The notes beneath the pieces were generated by a model, which made no database searches, was not told the DNA's origin, and saw only the letters and a list, made by a program, of their open reading frames with translations. Below, piece by piece: positions 1 through 10,501 of a DNA stretch of 64,000 nucleotides (its first letter is position 1; every line of letters begins with the position of its first letter). This stretch comes from Alistipes sp. (GTDB taxonomy: Bacteria > Bacteroidota > Bacteroidia > Bacteroidales > Rikenellaceae), in the NCBI GenBank assembly GCA_017935185.1, contig JAGBIC010000028.1, positions 4,438 to 68,437 on the forward strand, read 5' to 3'. The translations under genes were made by a program, and so were the position numbers.

Positions 1-2094
1 TACTTCACCCAGCAGCTCTCTGCTCAGGGCGATCAGATTGCAAACTACGAGGCACAGAACTTTGCCAAGTTGCCCATCTCGCCCGTGCGTGATGAGGCCG
101 GCAACTGGGTTACCATACAAATTGCATTCCCGGGTCGTACACTCTCGGCTCGTGTGTGGAAGTGTCAGGTGGGTCGTACCGACCTCTATTTGCTTGACAC
201 CGACTACGAGGCAAACCGTGATGAGGATCGTCAGATTACCTATTATCTATATGGTGGCGATTGGGAGAATCGTCTTAAGCAGGAGCTTTTGCTCGGCGTA
301 GGAGGTATCCGTGCGTTGGCAAAGATGGGCATCAAGCAGGAGGTGTACCACTGCAACGAGGGCCACGCTGCGTTTATCGGCCTTGAGCGTATTCGCAACT
401 TTATTGCAAAGAAGCGTCTGTCGTTCTCGGAGGCTTTGGAGGTTGTACGCGCCTCATCGCTCTTTACTACCCATACTCCCGTGCCTGCCGGTCACGATGC
501 TTTCCCCGAGTCGATGATGCGTCAGTATATGTCACATTATCCCGATGTTTTGGGAATCACTTGGGAGCAGTTTATCAATTTGGGTAAGACTAATCCCAAC
601 GATATGAACGAGCGTTTCTCAATGTCGGTGTTGGCATGTAACCTCTCGCAGGAGGTAAATGGTGTGTCGTGGTTGCACGGTGAGGTATCGAAGGATATCC
701 TTGGCAATATGTGGCCGGGCTACTTCAAGAATGAGTTGCATATAGGTTATGTTACCAACGGTGTTCACTTCCCCACTTGGGTGGCCTCTAACTTGCGCCG
801 TCTTTACGAGCGTTATTTCCCCAACGGATTCAATAGTCACGTATATAACATCCCCGAGTGGCAGGGTGTGCATAAGATTGATGATAAGGAGCTCTGGCAG
901 GAGCGTATTGCGCTCAAGACCCGCCTTATCGATCACATCCGCAAGCGTTACAGCGATCCCAAGCAGGTGCGTTACGATTCACCCCGCAATATGGTTCAGA
1001 TTGCCGAGCGTATCCGCCCCGATGTTTTGACCATTGGTTTTGCCCGCCGCTTCGCAACATATAAGCGAGCATACCTGCTCTTCACAAACCTTGAGCGTCT
1101 GTCGGCTTTGGTGAACAACAAGGAGCGACCTGTGCAGTTTATCTTTGCAGGTAAGGCTCACCCCAACGATAAGCCCGGTCAGGATCTTATAAAGCGTATC
1201 GTGGAGGTATCACAGATGCCCGAGTTTGTAGGTAAGATTGTCTTCCTTCAGAACTATGATATGGAGCTTGCCCGCCGCATGGTACAGGGTGTTGATGTAT
1301 GGTTGAATACCCCCACACGTCCTTTGGAGGCTTCAGGTACTTCAGGCGAGAAGTGTGTGATGAATGGTGTAATGCAGTTCTCGGTACTCGACGGTTGGTG
1401 GGTCGAGGGTTACAAGGAGGGCGCAGGCTGGATGCTTCCCATGGAGCGTTCTTACGCCGACCAGCGATTCCAGGATGAGCTTGATGCCGAGATGATCTAC
1501 AATACTATCGAGGATCAGATTGCACCTCTATACTATGACCGTGGCGAGGATGGTATTCCTCATGCATGGGTTCACTCGGTTAAGAAGTGTGTGGCCGATA
1601 TCGCCTCAAACTTCACCATGAACCGCCAGTTGGTGGATTACGAGGAGCGTTTCTACAACAAGTTGGCTGACCGCAAGAAACTTATGGTAGAGAATAACTA
1701 CCGTCTGGCTCGCGATATTGCGGCATGGAAGCGCAAAGTGTCGGCTGCATGGGATAACGTTCGGATTTTGAATGTCCAGCGTGTTGAGCTCGATAATGAG
1801 GCTATATTTGTGGATAAGAAGTATCACTATGAGGTAACTCTCAACGTGGCTAATCTAAGTGCTGATGATTTGGGCGTTGAGTTGGTTGTTGCCAAGCAGA
1901 TCGAGGCCGGCGAGGCTGTGAATGTCGTGGCTACCAAACCTCTCCAGCTCAAGCGAGTAGAGGGTCAGGAGGCTACCTATTCAATCGATTACACCCCTGC
2001 TCGCACCGGTATGTTCGATGTGGCATTGCGTGTGTATCCCAATGATGACCGTCTACCACACCGTATGGACTTTGCACTTGTAAAGTGGGCGTAG
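1..2094 (+). CDS. glgP: Alpha-glucan (glycogen) phosphorylase, 5'-truncated by the window edge
   Basis: Frame open from base 1 (YFTQQLSAQG...). GT35 motifs HCNEGH, FARRFATYKR and EASGTSGEK (PLP lysine). Confidence 0.95.
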   Translation, partial: YFTQQLSAQGDQIANYEAQNFAKLPISPVRDEAGNWVTIQIAFPGRTLSARVWKCQVGRTDLYLLDTDYEANRDEDRQITYYLYGGDWENRLKQELLLGVGGIRALAKMGIKQEVYHCNEGHAAFIGLERIRNFIAKKRLSFSEALEVVRASSLFTTHTPVPAGHDAFPESMMRQYMSHYPDVLGITWEQFINLGKTNPNDMNERFSMSVLACNLSQEVNGVSWLHGEVSKDILGNMWPGYFKNELHIGYVTNGVHFPTWVASNLRRLYERYFPNGFNSHVYNIPEWQGVHKIDDKELWQERIALKTRLIDHIRKRYSDPKQVRYDSPRNMVQIAERIRPDVLTIGFARRFATYKRAYLLFTNLERLSALVNNKERPVQFIFAGKAHPNDKPGQDLIKRIVEVSQMPEFVGKIVFLQNYDMELARRMVQGVDVWLNTPTRPLEASGTSGEKCVMNGVMQFSVLDGWWVEGYKEGAGWMLPMERSYADQRFQDELDAEMIYNTIEDQIAPLYYDRGEDGIPHAWVHSVKKCVADIASNFTMNRQLVDYEERFYNKLADRKKLMVENNYRLARDIAAWKRKVSAAWDNVRILNVQRVELDNEAIFVDKKYHYEVTLNVANLSADDLGVELVVAKQIEAGEAVNVVATKPLQLKRVEGQEATYSIDYTPARTGMFDVALRVYPNDDRLPHRMDFALVKWA

Positions 2095-2270
2095 TGTAAT
2101 CATTGCCAATTCGGATGGCATGGGCTGTCCGAATTGGTGATTGTTATGAAATACATTAAAAGTCGGTGTTGTTTTGATGGAAGTTGTGATAAAATTTACC
2201 AAAGACGGAACAATGTTGCGATTTTTTTATTAACTTTACTGAAAATAAACAATTTTTCAAAAACTTAAAT

Positions 2271-4274
2271 ATGTCGGCATTAACATTTGACAAGAGAGAG
2301 TTGGGTAACCTTGAGTATTCCCTCCAGCGCGAGATGCTTGCAACCGACCGCAAGGGCGGTTATATGAGCACTACGATTGTCTGCTGCAATACTCGAAAAT
2401 ATCACGGCTTGATGGTGGCGCCCATTGATGCTAGCGACGAAGCGTATGTTTTGCTATCATCGCTCGATGAGACTATCATACAGCATGACCAGTCATTTAA
2501 TCTGGCCTTGCACCGTTATCGTGGTGTATATGAGCCGCGCGGCCATAAGTATATCACCGATTTCCAATATACGCCTACTCCCACAATCACCTATCGTGTG
2601 GGTGGTGTGATATTGCGTAAGGAGTTGTTGTGGATTCACAAGCGTACCCAGCTAATGATTCGCTACACACTTGTTGATGCCCACTCGGATACCACATTGC
2701 GCTTGCGCCCCTTCTTTGCTTTCCGTAACAAACACTCGCTGTCGAAGGCAAATGTTGAGGCCAACGGCCGTTCATATCCTATATCGGGCGGTGTGAAGTG
2801 CAAACTTTATGAGGGTTATCCGTGGCTCTATTTGCAGACAAACAAGGCTGATGCCGAGTTTGTCGCTGCTCCCGATTGGTACTACGATTTCGAGTACCCC
2901 GAGGAGATTAAGCGTGGTTACGATGGCTATGAGGATTTGCTCACCACAGGTTATTTCGAGATGCCTATCAAGAAGGGTGAGAGCGTGATTTTCTCGGCTG
3001 CTACCGATGAGATGGCTACAGGCGAGACTATCACTCAGATATATGAGGCTTCGCTGGCTCGTCGTACTCATAAGATTGATTTCTTGAGTTGTCTGCACCA
3101 TTCGGCACGTCAGTTTATAGTGCGTCGCCCCGAGGGCCGCACCGAGATGATTGCCGGTTATCCTTGGTATGGTACCGTTGGTCGCGATACCTTTATGGCT
3201 TTGCCGGGTATTGTTCTTGAGCAGAATTATAAGGAGGATTGTATGGATGTCCTCGATACTATGGTTTCGCAGATGAAGGAGGGCGATTTTGCCGATTCTG
3301 CATCGGCTTGGGTTGCTGCCGACGCCCCGCTATGGTTCTTCTGGACTCTTCAGAATCTCGAGAAACATATTACTGCCAAGGCTTTGTGGGAGCGTTATGG
3401 CGAGGCTATGAAGGCTGTGTTGGCTGCATATCGCCGTGGTTTTGGTAATCGTGTCGTAGTGCATGACAACGGTCTTGTGTGGGCTGCTGCCGAGGGCGAG
3501 GCTCTCACATGGATGAATACCAAGGTCGATGGCAAGCCTGTGGCGCAGCGTGCCGGTTATGCTGTCGAGATCGAGGCCTTGTGGTACAATGCCGTAAGCT
3601 ATACTTTGGCTTTGGCTCGCAAGATGAAGGATAAGACCTTTGTTGAGGAGTGGGCTGATATGCCAGCCAAGATTAAAAAGTCCTTTATATCGAAATTTTG
3701 GCTCGATGAGGGATATTTGGCAGACTATGTGAATGATTACGAGACCAACGATTTCCGTCGCTCAAATATGCTCGTGGCATGTGGTTTGGATTACACGATG
3801 CTTGACGAGTCTCATATTATGGATGTGTTGAGTGTTGTTCGTCAGCACCTCATCACATCTCGCGGTGTACGTTCGCTTTCACCGCGCAATCCCTTCTATG
3901 AGCCGTCGTATGCCGAGGATCAGCGTTCGCAGGATCTGGCAAGCCGCAACGGTTCAATATGGGTATGGCCTTTGATGTTCTATGTAAAGACTTGCTTTGC
4001 AATTGGCGGTGAGCGTTTCCTTGCCGATGCCGAGGAGTTGTTGGCGGGATTTGACGAGGAGATTCAGACTGCTTGTATCGGTTCGATTAGCGAGTGCTTC
4101 GAGGGTGATCCTCCATTCCGTGCCAAGGGTTGTCTATCTCAGGCAACAAGTGTCGGTGGCCTGCTTTATATCAGCGATATGGTAGATGGTTGGCGCAAGA
4201 AGCTCAAGAGAGCAAAGAAGAGTGCCGAGGTTGAGGAGCCGAAGGCCAAGAAATGTGTACGCAGGAAAAAATGA
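2271..4274 (+). CDS. Glycogen debranching enzyme (amylo-alpha-1,6-glucosidase family)
   Basis: N-terminal NTRKYHGL motif, AGYPWY..GRDTF and EIEALWYNA; lies in the glycogen cluster. Confidence 0.9.
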   Translation: MSALTFDKRELGNLEYSLQREMLATDRKGGYMSTTIVCCNTRKYHGLMVAPIDASDEAYVLLSSLDETIIQHDQSFNLALHRYRGVYEPRGHKYITDFQYTPTPTITYRVGGVILRKELLWIHKRTQLMIRYTLVDAHSDTTLRLRPFFAFRNKHSLSKANVEANGRSYPISGGVKCKLYEGYPWLYLQTNKADAEFVAAPDWYYDFEYPEEIKRGYDGYEDLLTTGYFEMPIKKGESVIFSAATDEMATGETITQIYEASLARRTHKIDFLSCLHHSARQFIVRRPEGRTEMIAGYPWYGTVGRDTFMALPGIVLEQNYKEDCMDVLDTMVSQMKEGDFADSASAWVAADAPLWFFWTLQNLEKHITAKALWERYGEAMKAVLAAYRRGFGNRVVVHDNGLVWAAAEGEALTWMNTKVDGKPVAQRAGYAVEIEALWYNAVSYTLALARKMKDKTFVEEWADMPAKIKKSFISKFWLDEGYLADYVNDYETNDFRRSNMLVACGLDYTMLDESHIMDVLSVVRQHLITSRGVRSLSPRNPFYEPSYAEDQRSQDLASRNGSIWVWPLMFYVKTCFAIGGERFLADAEELLAGFDEEIQTACIGSISECFEGDPPFRAKGCLSQATSVGGLLYISDMVDGWRKKLKRAKKSAEVEEPKAKKCVRRKK

Positions 4275-4289
4275 TAAAACGATTATAGA

Positions 4290-5606
4290 ATGAGAGTGTT
4301 AATGTTTGGTTGGGAGTTCCCACCTCATATTGCCGGCGGCTTGGGTACGGCTTGCTACGGAATGACCCGAGGTTTGGCTCGCAACGATGTGGAGGTTATC
4401 TTTGTGATGCCCAAAGCATCGGGTGATGAGGACGAACGTTTTGTGAAGGTTGTCAATGCCAGCGATATAGAGGCACGTTATTGTGACTCAACTATCGAGG
4501 GTGCTGACGATATCATGCGCAAGATTTCGTTTATTCACATCGATTCTAATATGGTGCCTTATATCTCTCCCGAGGAGTTCGCTACATATCGCGAGAGCTA
4601 TGAGCGTACAGGTAAGAAGTTTTGGGAGCGTGAGGGCGATAGCTGGACACAGCGTTATACCTTCTCGGGTAAATATGGCGCAAACCTTATGGAGGAGGTT
4701 GCTCGCTATGCTGTTGTGGCTGCCGAGGTTGCCCGTCAGTTGGAGGGACAGTTTGATGTTATCCATGCCCACGATTGGTTAACATATTTTGCGGGTATCG
4801 CTGCAAAGCGTGTTTCGGGAAAACCTTTGGTGGTGCATATGCATGCGACCTCTTTCGACCGCTCTTCGAGCGATAATATAGATACCCGAGTTTACGAGAT
4901 TGAGCGTGCCGGTATGGCCGCTGCCGACCGTGTTATCGCAGTGTCGAACCTCACTCGCAATATCGTAATTGAGAAGTATAACATTCCTGCCGAGAGAGTT
5001 GTAACCGTTCACAATGCAGTGCGCTTTGTTGATAAGGATGGTGAACTTCCCGAGCGTGGTGTGGATGATAAGATTGTAACCTTCTTGGGTCGCATTACCT
5101 TCCAGAAAGGTCCCGACTATTTCGTTGAGGCAGCAGCGAAGGTGCTTAAGCGTGTGCCTAATGTCCGTTTCGTTATGGCAGGTTCTGGTGATATGATGAA
5201 TCATGTCATTCGTCGTGTGGCTCGTCTGGGTATTGCCGACCGTTTCCACTTTACAGGATTCTTGAAAGGTGACGATGTGCATAAGATGTTCCAACTGTCG
5301 GATGTCTATATCATGCCTTCGGTATCGGAGCCTTTCGGTATCTCACCTTTGGAGGCTATGCGTGCCAATGTGCCTGTAATCATCTCAAAGCAGAGTGGTG
5401 TGGCCGAGGTGTTGGATTATGCTGTTAAGGTTGATTATTGGGATGTAGATGCTATGGCAGATGCTATTTATGGCTTTGTGAAGTATCCCGCCTTGTCGAA
5501 GATGTTTGCCGAGAAGGGTCTTGAGGAGGTAACAGGACTTAAATGGAACAATGCCGCAGCCAAAATCAAGGCTGTATATCAGGATGCTATTAACGAGTGT
5601 GAATAA
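4290..5606 (+). CDS. GT4 glycosyltransferase, probable glycogen synthase
   Basis: WEFPPHIAGGLG, HAHDW and EPFGISPLEA motifs. Confidence 0.9.
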   Translation: MRVLMFGWEFPPHIAGGLGTACYGMTRGLARNDVEVIFVMPKASGDEDERFVKVVNASDIEARYCDSTIEGADDIMRKISFIHIDSNMVPYISPEEFATYRESYERTGKKFWEREGDSWTQRYTFSGKYGANLMEEVARYAVVAAEVARQLEGQFDVIHAHDWLTYFAGIAAKRVSGKPLVVHMHATSFDRSSSDNIDTRVYEIERAGMAAADRVIAVSNLTRNIVIEKYNIPAERVVTVHNAVRFVDKDGELPERGVDDKIVTFLGRITFQKGPDYFVEAAAKVLKRVPNVRFVMAGSGDMMNHVIRRVARLGIADRFHFTGFLKGDDVHKMFQLSDVYIMPSVSEPFGISPLEAMRANVPVIISKQSGVAEVLDYAVKVDYWDVDAMADAIYGFVKYPALSKMFAEKGLEEVTGLKWNNAAAKIKAVYQDAINECE

Positions 5607-5625
5607 TAATAAAAGAACAAAATAT

Positions 5626-6843
5626 ATGAAAACAGTCTGCTTATACTTTCAGGTGCATCAGCCGTGGCGTTTGAAAGTTTATCGATTCTTCAATATCGGT
5701 AAGGATCATAACTATCTCGACGACTTTACCAACCGAGCTATCATGCAGAAGGTTGCACGTCAGTGCTACCTTCCGATGAATGCTTTGCTTTTGAAGCTTA
5801 TCAAGGAGAACAAAGGAGCATTCAAGTGCTCGTTCTCAATCACAGGATCTGCAATTGAGCAGTTCCGTGCCTATGCTCCCGAGGTGCTGGATTCGTTCCG
5901 TGCATTGGCTGATACAGGTTGCGTGGAGTTTTTGGCCGAGACCTATTCTCACTCGTTGTCGGCTCTCTCGTCAAAGGAGGATTTTGTTGAGCAAGTTAAG
6001 CTCCACACAAAGACAATCAAGGAGGAGTTTGGCAAGAAACCCGTAGCATTCCGCAATACCGAGCTTATCTACTCTGACCAGATTGGCGAGATGGTATCGG
6101 AGTTGGGCTTCAAGACCATTTTGGCCGAGGGTGCAAAGCATGTGTTGGGCTGGAAATCGCCTGATTTCATCTACACTAATGCTATTGACAACCGCCTGCG
6201 TGTGTTGCTGCGTAACTATAAACTATCTGATGATATTGCTTTCCGCTTCTCAAATCAGGGTTGGGATCAGTATCCTCTCACTGCCGATAAGTTTGCACAG
6301 TGGGTTGAGGAGGAGAATGGCGAGGTCATCAACCTGTTCATGGATTACGAGACCTTTGGCGAGCACCAGAAGGCTACCACAGGCATCTTCGACTTTATGC
6401 GCGCGCTTCCCAAGGCAATCTTGAAGAAGGGCGTTGAGTTCTCTACCGTGAGCGAGGCTGCCAAGTCATCACAGCCTGTCGGTGTGTTGCATTGCCCCCA
6501 TGTTATGTCGTGGGCAGATGAGGAGCGCGATATCACTGCATGGCTCGGTAACGAGTTGCAGAACGAGGCCTTCTCTAAACTCTATGCTTTGAAGGATAAG
6601 GTTAAGTCGTTGAAGAATGCCGATTTCGATTATGTATGGAATTTCATGCAGACCTCGGATCACTTCTACTATATGGCTACCAAGTGGCTCTCGGATGGTG
6701 ATGTTCACTCTTACTTCAACCCCTATGGCTCGTCTTACGAGGCTTTCATTAACTATATGAACGTGCTTTCGGATTTCGAGATCGAGGTTGACAAGGCCCT
6801 TGCTGCAAAGAAATCACGCAAAAAGGAGAGTGCTTCGGCATAA
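5626..6843 (+). CDS. GH57 alpha-amylase/branching-family protein
   Basis: HQP, ETYSH, FRNTEL and DYETFGEH motifs. Start taken at ATG 5626 (MKTVCLYFQVHQP). Confidence 0.9.
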   Translation: MKTVCLYFQVHQPWRLKVYRFFNIGKDHNYLDDFTNRAIMQKVARQCYLPMNALLLKLIKENKGAFKCSFSITGSAIEQFRAYAPEVLDSFRALADTGCVEFLAETYSHSLSALSSKEDFVEQVKLHTKTIKEEFGKKPVAFRNTELIYSDQIGEMVSELGFKTILAEGAKHVLGWKSPDFIYTNAIDNRLRVLLRNYKLSDDIAFRFSNQGWDQYPLTADKFAQWVEEENGEVINLFMDYETFGEHQKATTGIFDFMRALPKAILKKGVEFSTVSEAAKSSQPVGVLHCPHVMSWADEERDITAWLGNELQNEAFSKLYALKDKVKSLKNADFDYVWNFMQTSDHFYYMATKWLSDGDVHSYFNPYGSSYEAFINYMNVLSDFEIEVDKALAAKKSRKKESASA

Positions 6844-6867
6844 AATCTTTCCTAAATGATTATAAGC

Positions 6868-6902
6868 AATACAGTTCCTGTTGATGGAACTGTATTTTTT
6901 TT
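6868..6902 (+). terminator. Rho-independent terminator after the glycogen cluster
   Basis: AATACAGTTCC/GGAACTGTATT stem followed by a T-run. Confidence 0.8.
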
Positions 6903-6967
6903 ATATATTTGTTATTGTAAATATTGCCCATGAATCGAAGAGAATTTATTTAATAGTAAACATAATT

Positions 6968-9268
6968 ATGCGTAAGTTTTTTCTTGTTTTATCGTTGGCG
7001 CTTGCCTCGATGTGTGGCACCTTTGCGCAGCATGCACAAGTAGTCTTGCATGGAGAAGAGGGTCGTCAGGAGGCTATAGAGTTTAATTATTTCCCTCATC
7101 GTGAGTATGCCTTTGTCTGGCGCAATTGGAGCGTTGTCGACAAGCATCGCTTGGCCGAGGTCTTGCAAACTTCGGTGGAGAATGTTGAGGAAATAGCGGT
7201 ATCTATGGGCCTGCCTCGCAAGCAGACTATTGAGCCTGAGTGGGCGACCACTCGAGGTTATATAACCATCCTCAAGCGCAATTGGCATCTATTGCCCTAT
7301 GACCAACTGCTGCAATTGCTTGGCATGGAGCGCGAGGAGCTGAAGTTTCGCCTTACGGAGGATGATTTTCTATATCAGAAGTTGGGTTATGTAAAACCAT
7401 GGTGTCAGCCCCTGAAATATGAAACTCCAACAGCCGAGATGGAGAAGCGAGCTGCCGATATCGCCCGATTGCTGTCTTCTATGGGTAGGCATGCTTTGAA
7501 ATATGAGGAGCCTCGTTTCGGTTTTATGCGTGAGTATGATAAAGTCAAGCAGGTGAAGATCTCACAAAGCGCTGCCTCTTCTGACGATAATTTCGAACTG
7601 AAGATGATATTCCCCTATTTTGCCGATTTTGGAGATCCATTGCTCGATAAAAGTATGAGCTCATACCCCGAGGAGTATTTTCGTCGTCTGCAGGAGGTGG
7701 GTGTAAATGGAATATGGCTACACTCTGTTTTGAGAATGATGGTCGAGCCCGATGGCCTATTCCCGGGTGACAGTCGTGCAAAGGAACGTATCGAGGGTTT
7801 GAATCGTTTGGTGCAGCGTGCCGCAAAGTATGGCGTTAAGGTTTATCTTTATGTGAACGAGCCACGAGGCATGGACGATGAATTCTTTAATGAGATGGAG
7901 GGGCGCAAGGCCTTTAGAGGCCCCAAGGTGCGTGATTTATATGCGTTATGTACCTCAAGGCCCGAAGTGCAGGAGTGGTTATCTCGCTCTATGGAGAGTG
8001 TGTTTCGTCAGGTTGAGGGCTTGGGCGGAGTATTTACAATTACCGCTTCGGAGAACTATACATCTTGCGCGTCGCGCAATCACCTCGATTGTCCCAACTG
8101 CCGCGACCACGAATATGCCGAGCTTATTGCTAATGTGAATAAGGCTATCGAGGAGGGTGTTCATCGAGCAGCGCCCGATGCTAAAGTTATCGTTTGGGAT
8201 TGGCAGTGGCCGGACAGCGAATGTGAGGCCATTATTCGCCAACTCCCCAAGAATTGTTGGTTTATGTCGGTTAACGAGTGGTCCAAACCTTTCGAAAAGG
8301 GTGGCGTAAAGTCGGCCGTTGGCGAGTACTCTATCTCGAATGTTGGCCCTGGCCCGCGTGCCTTGAGAAATTGGGCTGTGGCGCATGAGGAAGGTCTTAA
8401 GTGTGTGGCCAAGGTGGCGGTGAATTGTACATGGGAGATGGCTGTTGTTCCCCAACTTCCCGTTTTGGACTTGGTGGCTCGTCATGCCGAGAATCTCTCG
8501 AAGCAGGATGTCAACGGTGTGATGTTGAGTTGGAGTTTGGGAGGTTATCCTTCAGAGAATTTGAAGCTCTTCCAATCTTTCAAAAAGGGTATGAGTGCTG
8601 ACCAGGCTGTCGAAGAGTTGGCCTATGCCGAGTATGGCGACAAGGCCGGAAAGCTCGTAAGAGAGGCGTGGCGTGCTTGCTCTAATGGATTTGAAGAGTT
8701 CCCATATCATATTACAACACTCTATCATAGCCCGCATCACAATGGCCCCTCTAACCTTTTCTATACAAAACCAACGGGCTATAAATCTTCTATGGTGTAT
8801 GGCTTTGCGTATGATGAGTGGCAGAGGTGGAAGTCTATTTATCCTATCGATGTGTGGATTTCACAGATGGATAAGGCTGCCGCAGGCTTTGAGGATGGTG
8901 TAAAACTTTTGCGTGAAGCCTATGCGGTGGCAAAAGGTAAATATCGTCAAGGTGTGGAGAACCAGCTTAATCGTGCCGAGGCGGTGAGGATTCACCTCAA
9001 ATCGTCGGCTGTGCAGGGGCGTTTCTTTGTGGCGCGTGACCGCTATTTGGCTTCGAGTGATGCGGCAGAGCGGGCCGAGTGTGTGGCTACCATGCGTAAG
9101 GCTTGTCAAGATGAGCAGCAGTTGATTAAAGATATGCTGCCACTGCTTTCGAAAGACTCGTCAATAGCCTTCGAATCAGCAAATCAATACTTCTACCTGC
9201 CGATAGATCTGGTCGAGGCCTACATCAGCGTTGATTACGCTCTGCGTTGGCTCGAGAAAGCTCAATAG
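6968..9268 (+). CDS. Secreted hypothetical protein, probable TIM-barrel glycoside hydrolase-like
   Basis: Signal peptide MRKFFLVLSLALASMCGTFAQ. VGVNGIWLH, YGVKVYLYVNEP and VIVWDW segments resemble GH TIM barrels. Confidence 0.6.
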   Translation: MRKFFLVLSLALASMCGTFAQHAQVVLHGEEGRQEAIEFNYFPHREYAFVWRNWSVVDKHRLAEVLQTSVENVEEIAVSMGLPRKQTIEPEWATTRGYITILKRNWHLLPYDQLLQLLGMEREELKFRLTEDDFLYQKLGYVKPWCQPLKYETPTAEMEKRAADIARLLSSMGRHALKYEEPRFGFMREYDKVKQVKISQSAASSDDNFELKMIFPYFADFGDPLLDKSMSSYPEEYFRRLQEVGVNGIWLHSVLRMMVEPDGLFPGDSRAKERIEGLNRLVQRAAKYGVKVYLYVNEPRGMDDEFFNEMEGRKAFRGPKVRDLYALCTSRPEVQEWLSRSMESVFRQVEGLGGVFTITASENYTSCASRNHLDCPNCRDHEYAELIANVNKAIEEGVHRAAPDAKVIVWDWQWPDSECEAIIRQLPKNCWFMSVNEWSKPFEKGGVKSAVGEYSISNVGPGPRALRNWAVAHEEGLKCVAKVAVNCTWEMAVVPQLPVLDLVARHAENLSKQDVNGVMLSWSLGGYPSENLKLFQSFKKGMSADQAVEELAYAEYGDKAGKLVREAWRACSNGFEEFPYHITTLYHSPHHNGPSNLFYTKPTGYKSSMVYGFAYDEWQRWKSIYPIDVWISQMDKAAAGFEDGVKLLREAYAVAKGKYRQGVENQLNRAEAVRIHLKSSAVQGRFFVARDRYLASSDAAERAECVATMRKACQDEQQLIKDMLPLLSKDSSIAFESANQYFYLPIDLVEAYISVDYALRWLEKAQ

Positions 9269-9283
9269 AATGATATATGTGGA

Positions 9284-9324
9284 CAAAAAAAGCTGCTTTT
9301 ACCTGAATAAAAGCAGCTTTTTTT
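9284..9324. terminator. Bidirectional terminator
   Basis: AAAAAAAGCTGCTTTTA/TAAAAGCAGCTTTTTTT between convergent genes. Confidence 0.85.
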
Positions 9325-9340
9325 GTGATTTGTAAAAGTT

Positions 9341-9898
9341 TTATACAGTCATAATCTCTTTCTCCTTGGCCTCCATAAGAGCGTCGAGCATCTTTGAATA
9401 CTTCTCAAGGAGCTTCTGTGCTCTGGTCTCGCCATCCTTTGCCTCATCCTCGGGCATTCCCTCTTTTTGAGCCTTCTTGAAAGACTCCACAGCGTCACGG
9501 CGGGCATTGCGCAGGCTGATGCGGGCATTCTCGCCAACGCCTTTTACCTGCTTAACCAACTCCTTGCGGCGCTCCTCTGTGAGAGGAGGTATGGTAAGGC
9601 GGATTGTCTCGCCATTATTTGAAGGGGTGAGTCCGATGTTTGAATCCAAAATAGCCTTCTCAATAGGGCGAATCATATTCTTGTCCCATGGCTGGATAAG
9701 GATTGTACGTGCGTCGGGTACGTTTACGCTTGCTACGCCAGATACAGGAGTCTGCGAGCCGTAGTAATCTACAAACACGCTGTTGAGCACGTTTGTTGAT
9801 GCCTTACCTGCGCGAATGTTCAACAATTCGTCGTCGAGGTGCTCTACCGTACGCTTCATGCGGTCGGTAGCTTCATTAAGAATAGTGTTGGTATCCAT
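9341..9898 (-). CDS. frr: Ribosome recycling factor
   Basis: IRAGKAS, PPLTEERRKELVK and LRNARRDA motifs. Confidence 0.97.
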   Translation of the reverse strand: MDTNTILNEATDRMKRTVEHLDDELLNIRAGKASTNVLNSVFVDYYGSQTPVSGVASVNVPDARTILIQPWDKNMIRPIEKAILDSNIGLTPSNNGETIRLTIPPLTEERRKELVKQVKGVGENARISLRNARRDAVESFKKAQKEGMPEDEAKDGETRAQKLLEKYSKMLDALMEAKEKEIMTV

Positions 9899-9919
9899 AG
9901 TGTTTATATCTTAAAATTT

Positions 9920-10480
9920 CTATTTGGCGGCATTCTCTACCGTTTTAATCATCTCGGCAAATTCGTCGGGAGAGAATCCTACCGAAACATAAATTACCTT
10001 GCCATCCTTGCCAACCACGAAGTTGCGGGGAATGTAGTTTGATGCATACTTCTTGTAGATTGTCTGCTGGGGGTCAAGTCCCATGGGGAAGGTGTAGTTC
10101 TCCTTCTTGCGGAAAGCCTCTACTACCGACTTCTTCTCGCCGCGTGAGATGGGTAGAAATACCACATCCTTGCCCTTGAAACGGTCGATAATCTCCTTCT
10201 GTACGTGGGTCATCTCCTGACGGCAGGGCGGACACCATGTCGCCCAGAAATTGATAATCACCACCTTACCCTTCAGCTGCGAGAGAGCGATTTTTGAGCC
10301 GTCAACCATCTCTACCGTAAAGTCGGGGGCAACATCACCTTTGTGGATAAGGGTTGTGGCGGCAATGTCGTCTTCCTGTGACTTCGATTGTGCGAAAGCG
10401 ATATTTGAACCGGCAACAAGCATTATGGCAAGTGCGGTTAATGCGATATAGGCCTTGCGACCGAATGTTTTGATATTCAT
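9920..10480 (-). CDS. TlpA-family thiol:disulfide oxidoreductase
   Basis: FWATWCPPC thioredoxin motif and a signal peptide. Confidence 0.92.
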   Translation of the reverse strand: MNIKTFGRKAYIALTALAIMLVAGSNIAFAQSKSQEDDIAATTLIHKGDVAPDFTVEMVDGSKIALSQLKGKVVIINFWATWCPPCRQEMTHVQKEIIDRFKGKDVVFLPISRGEKKSVVEAFRKKENYTFPMGLDPQQTIYKKYASNYIPRNFVVGKDGKVIYVSVGFSPDEFAEMIKTVENAAK

Positions 10481-10501
10481 AGTAATTTAATTATTATGTT
10501 G

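Noticed and set aside
1-6843. Glycogen cluster as a novel system
   Set aside because: Phosphorylase, debranching enzyme, GT4 and GH57 form a common Bacteroidales arrangement.
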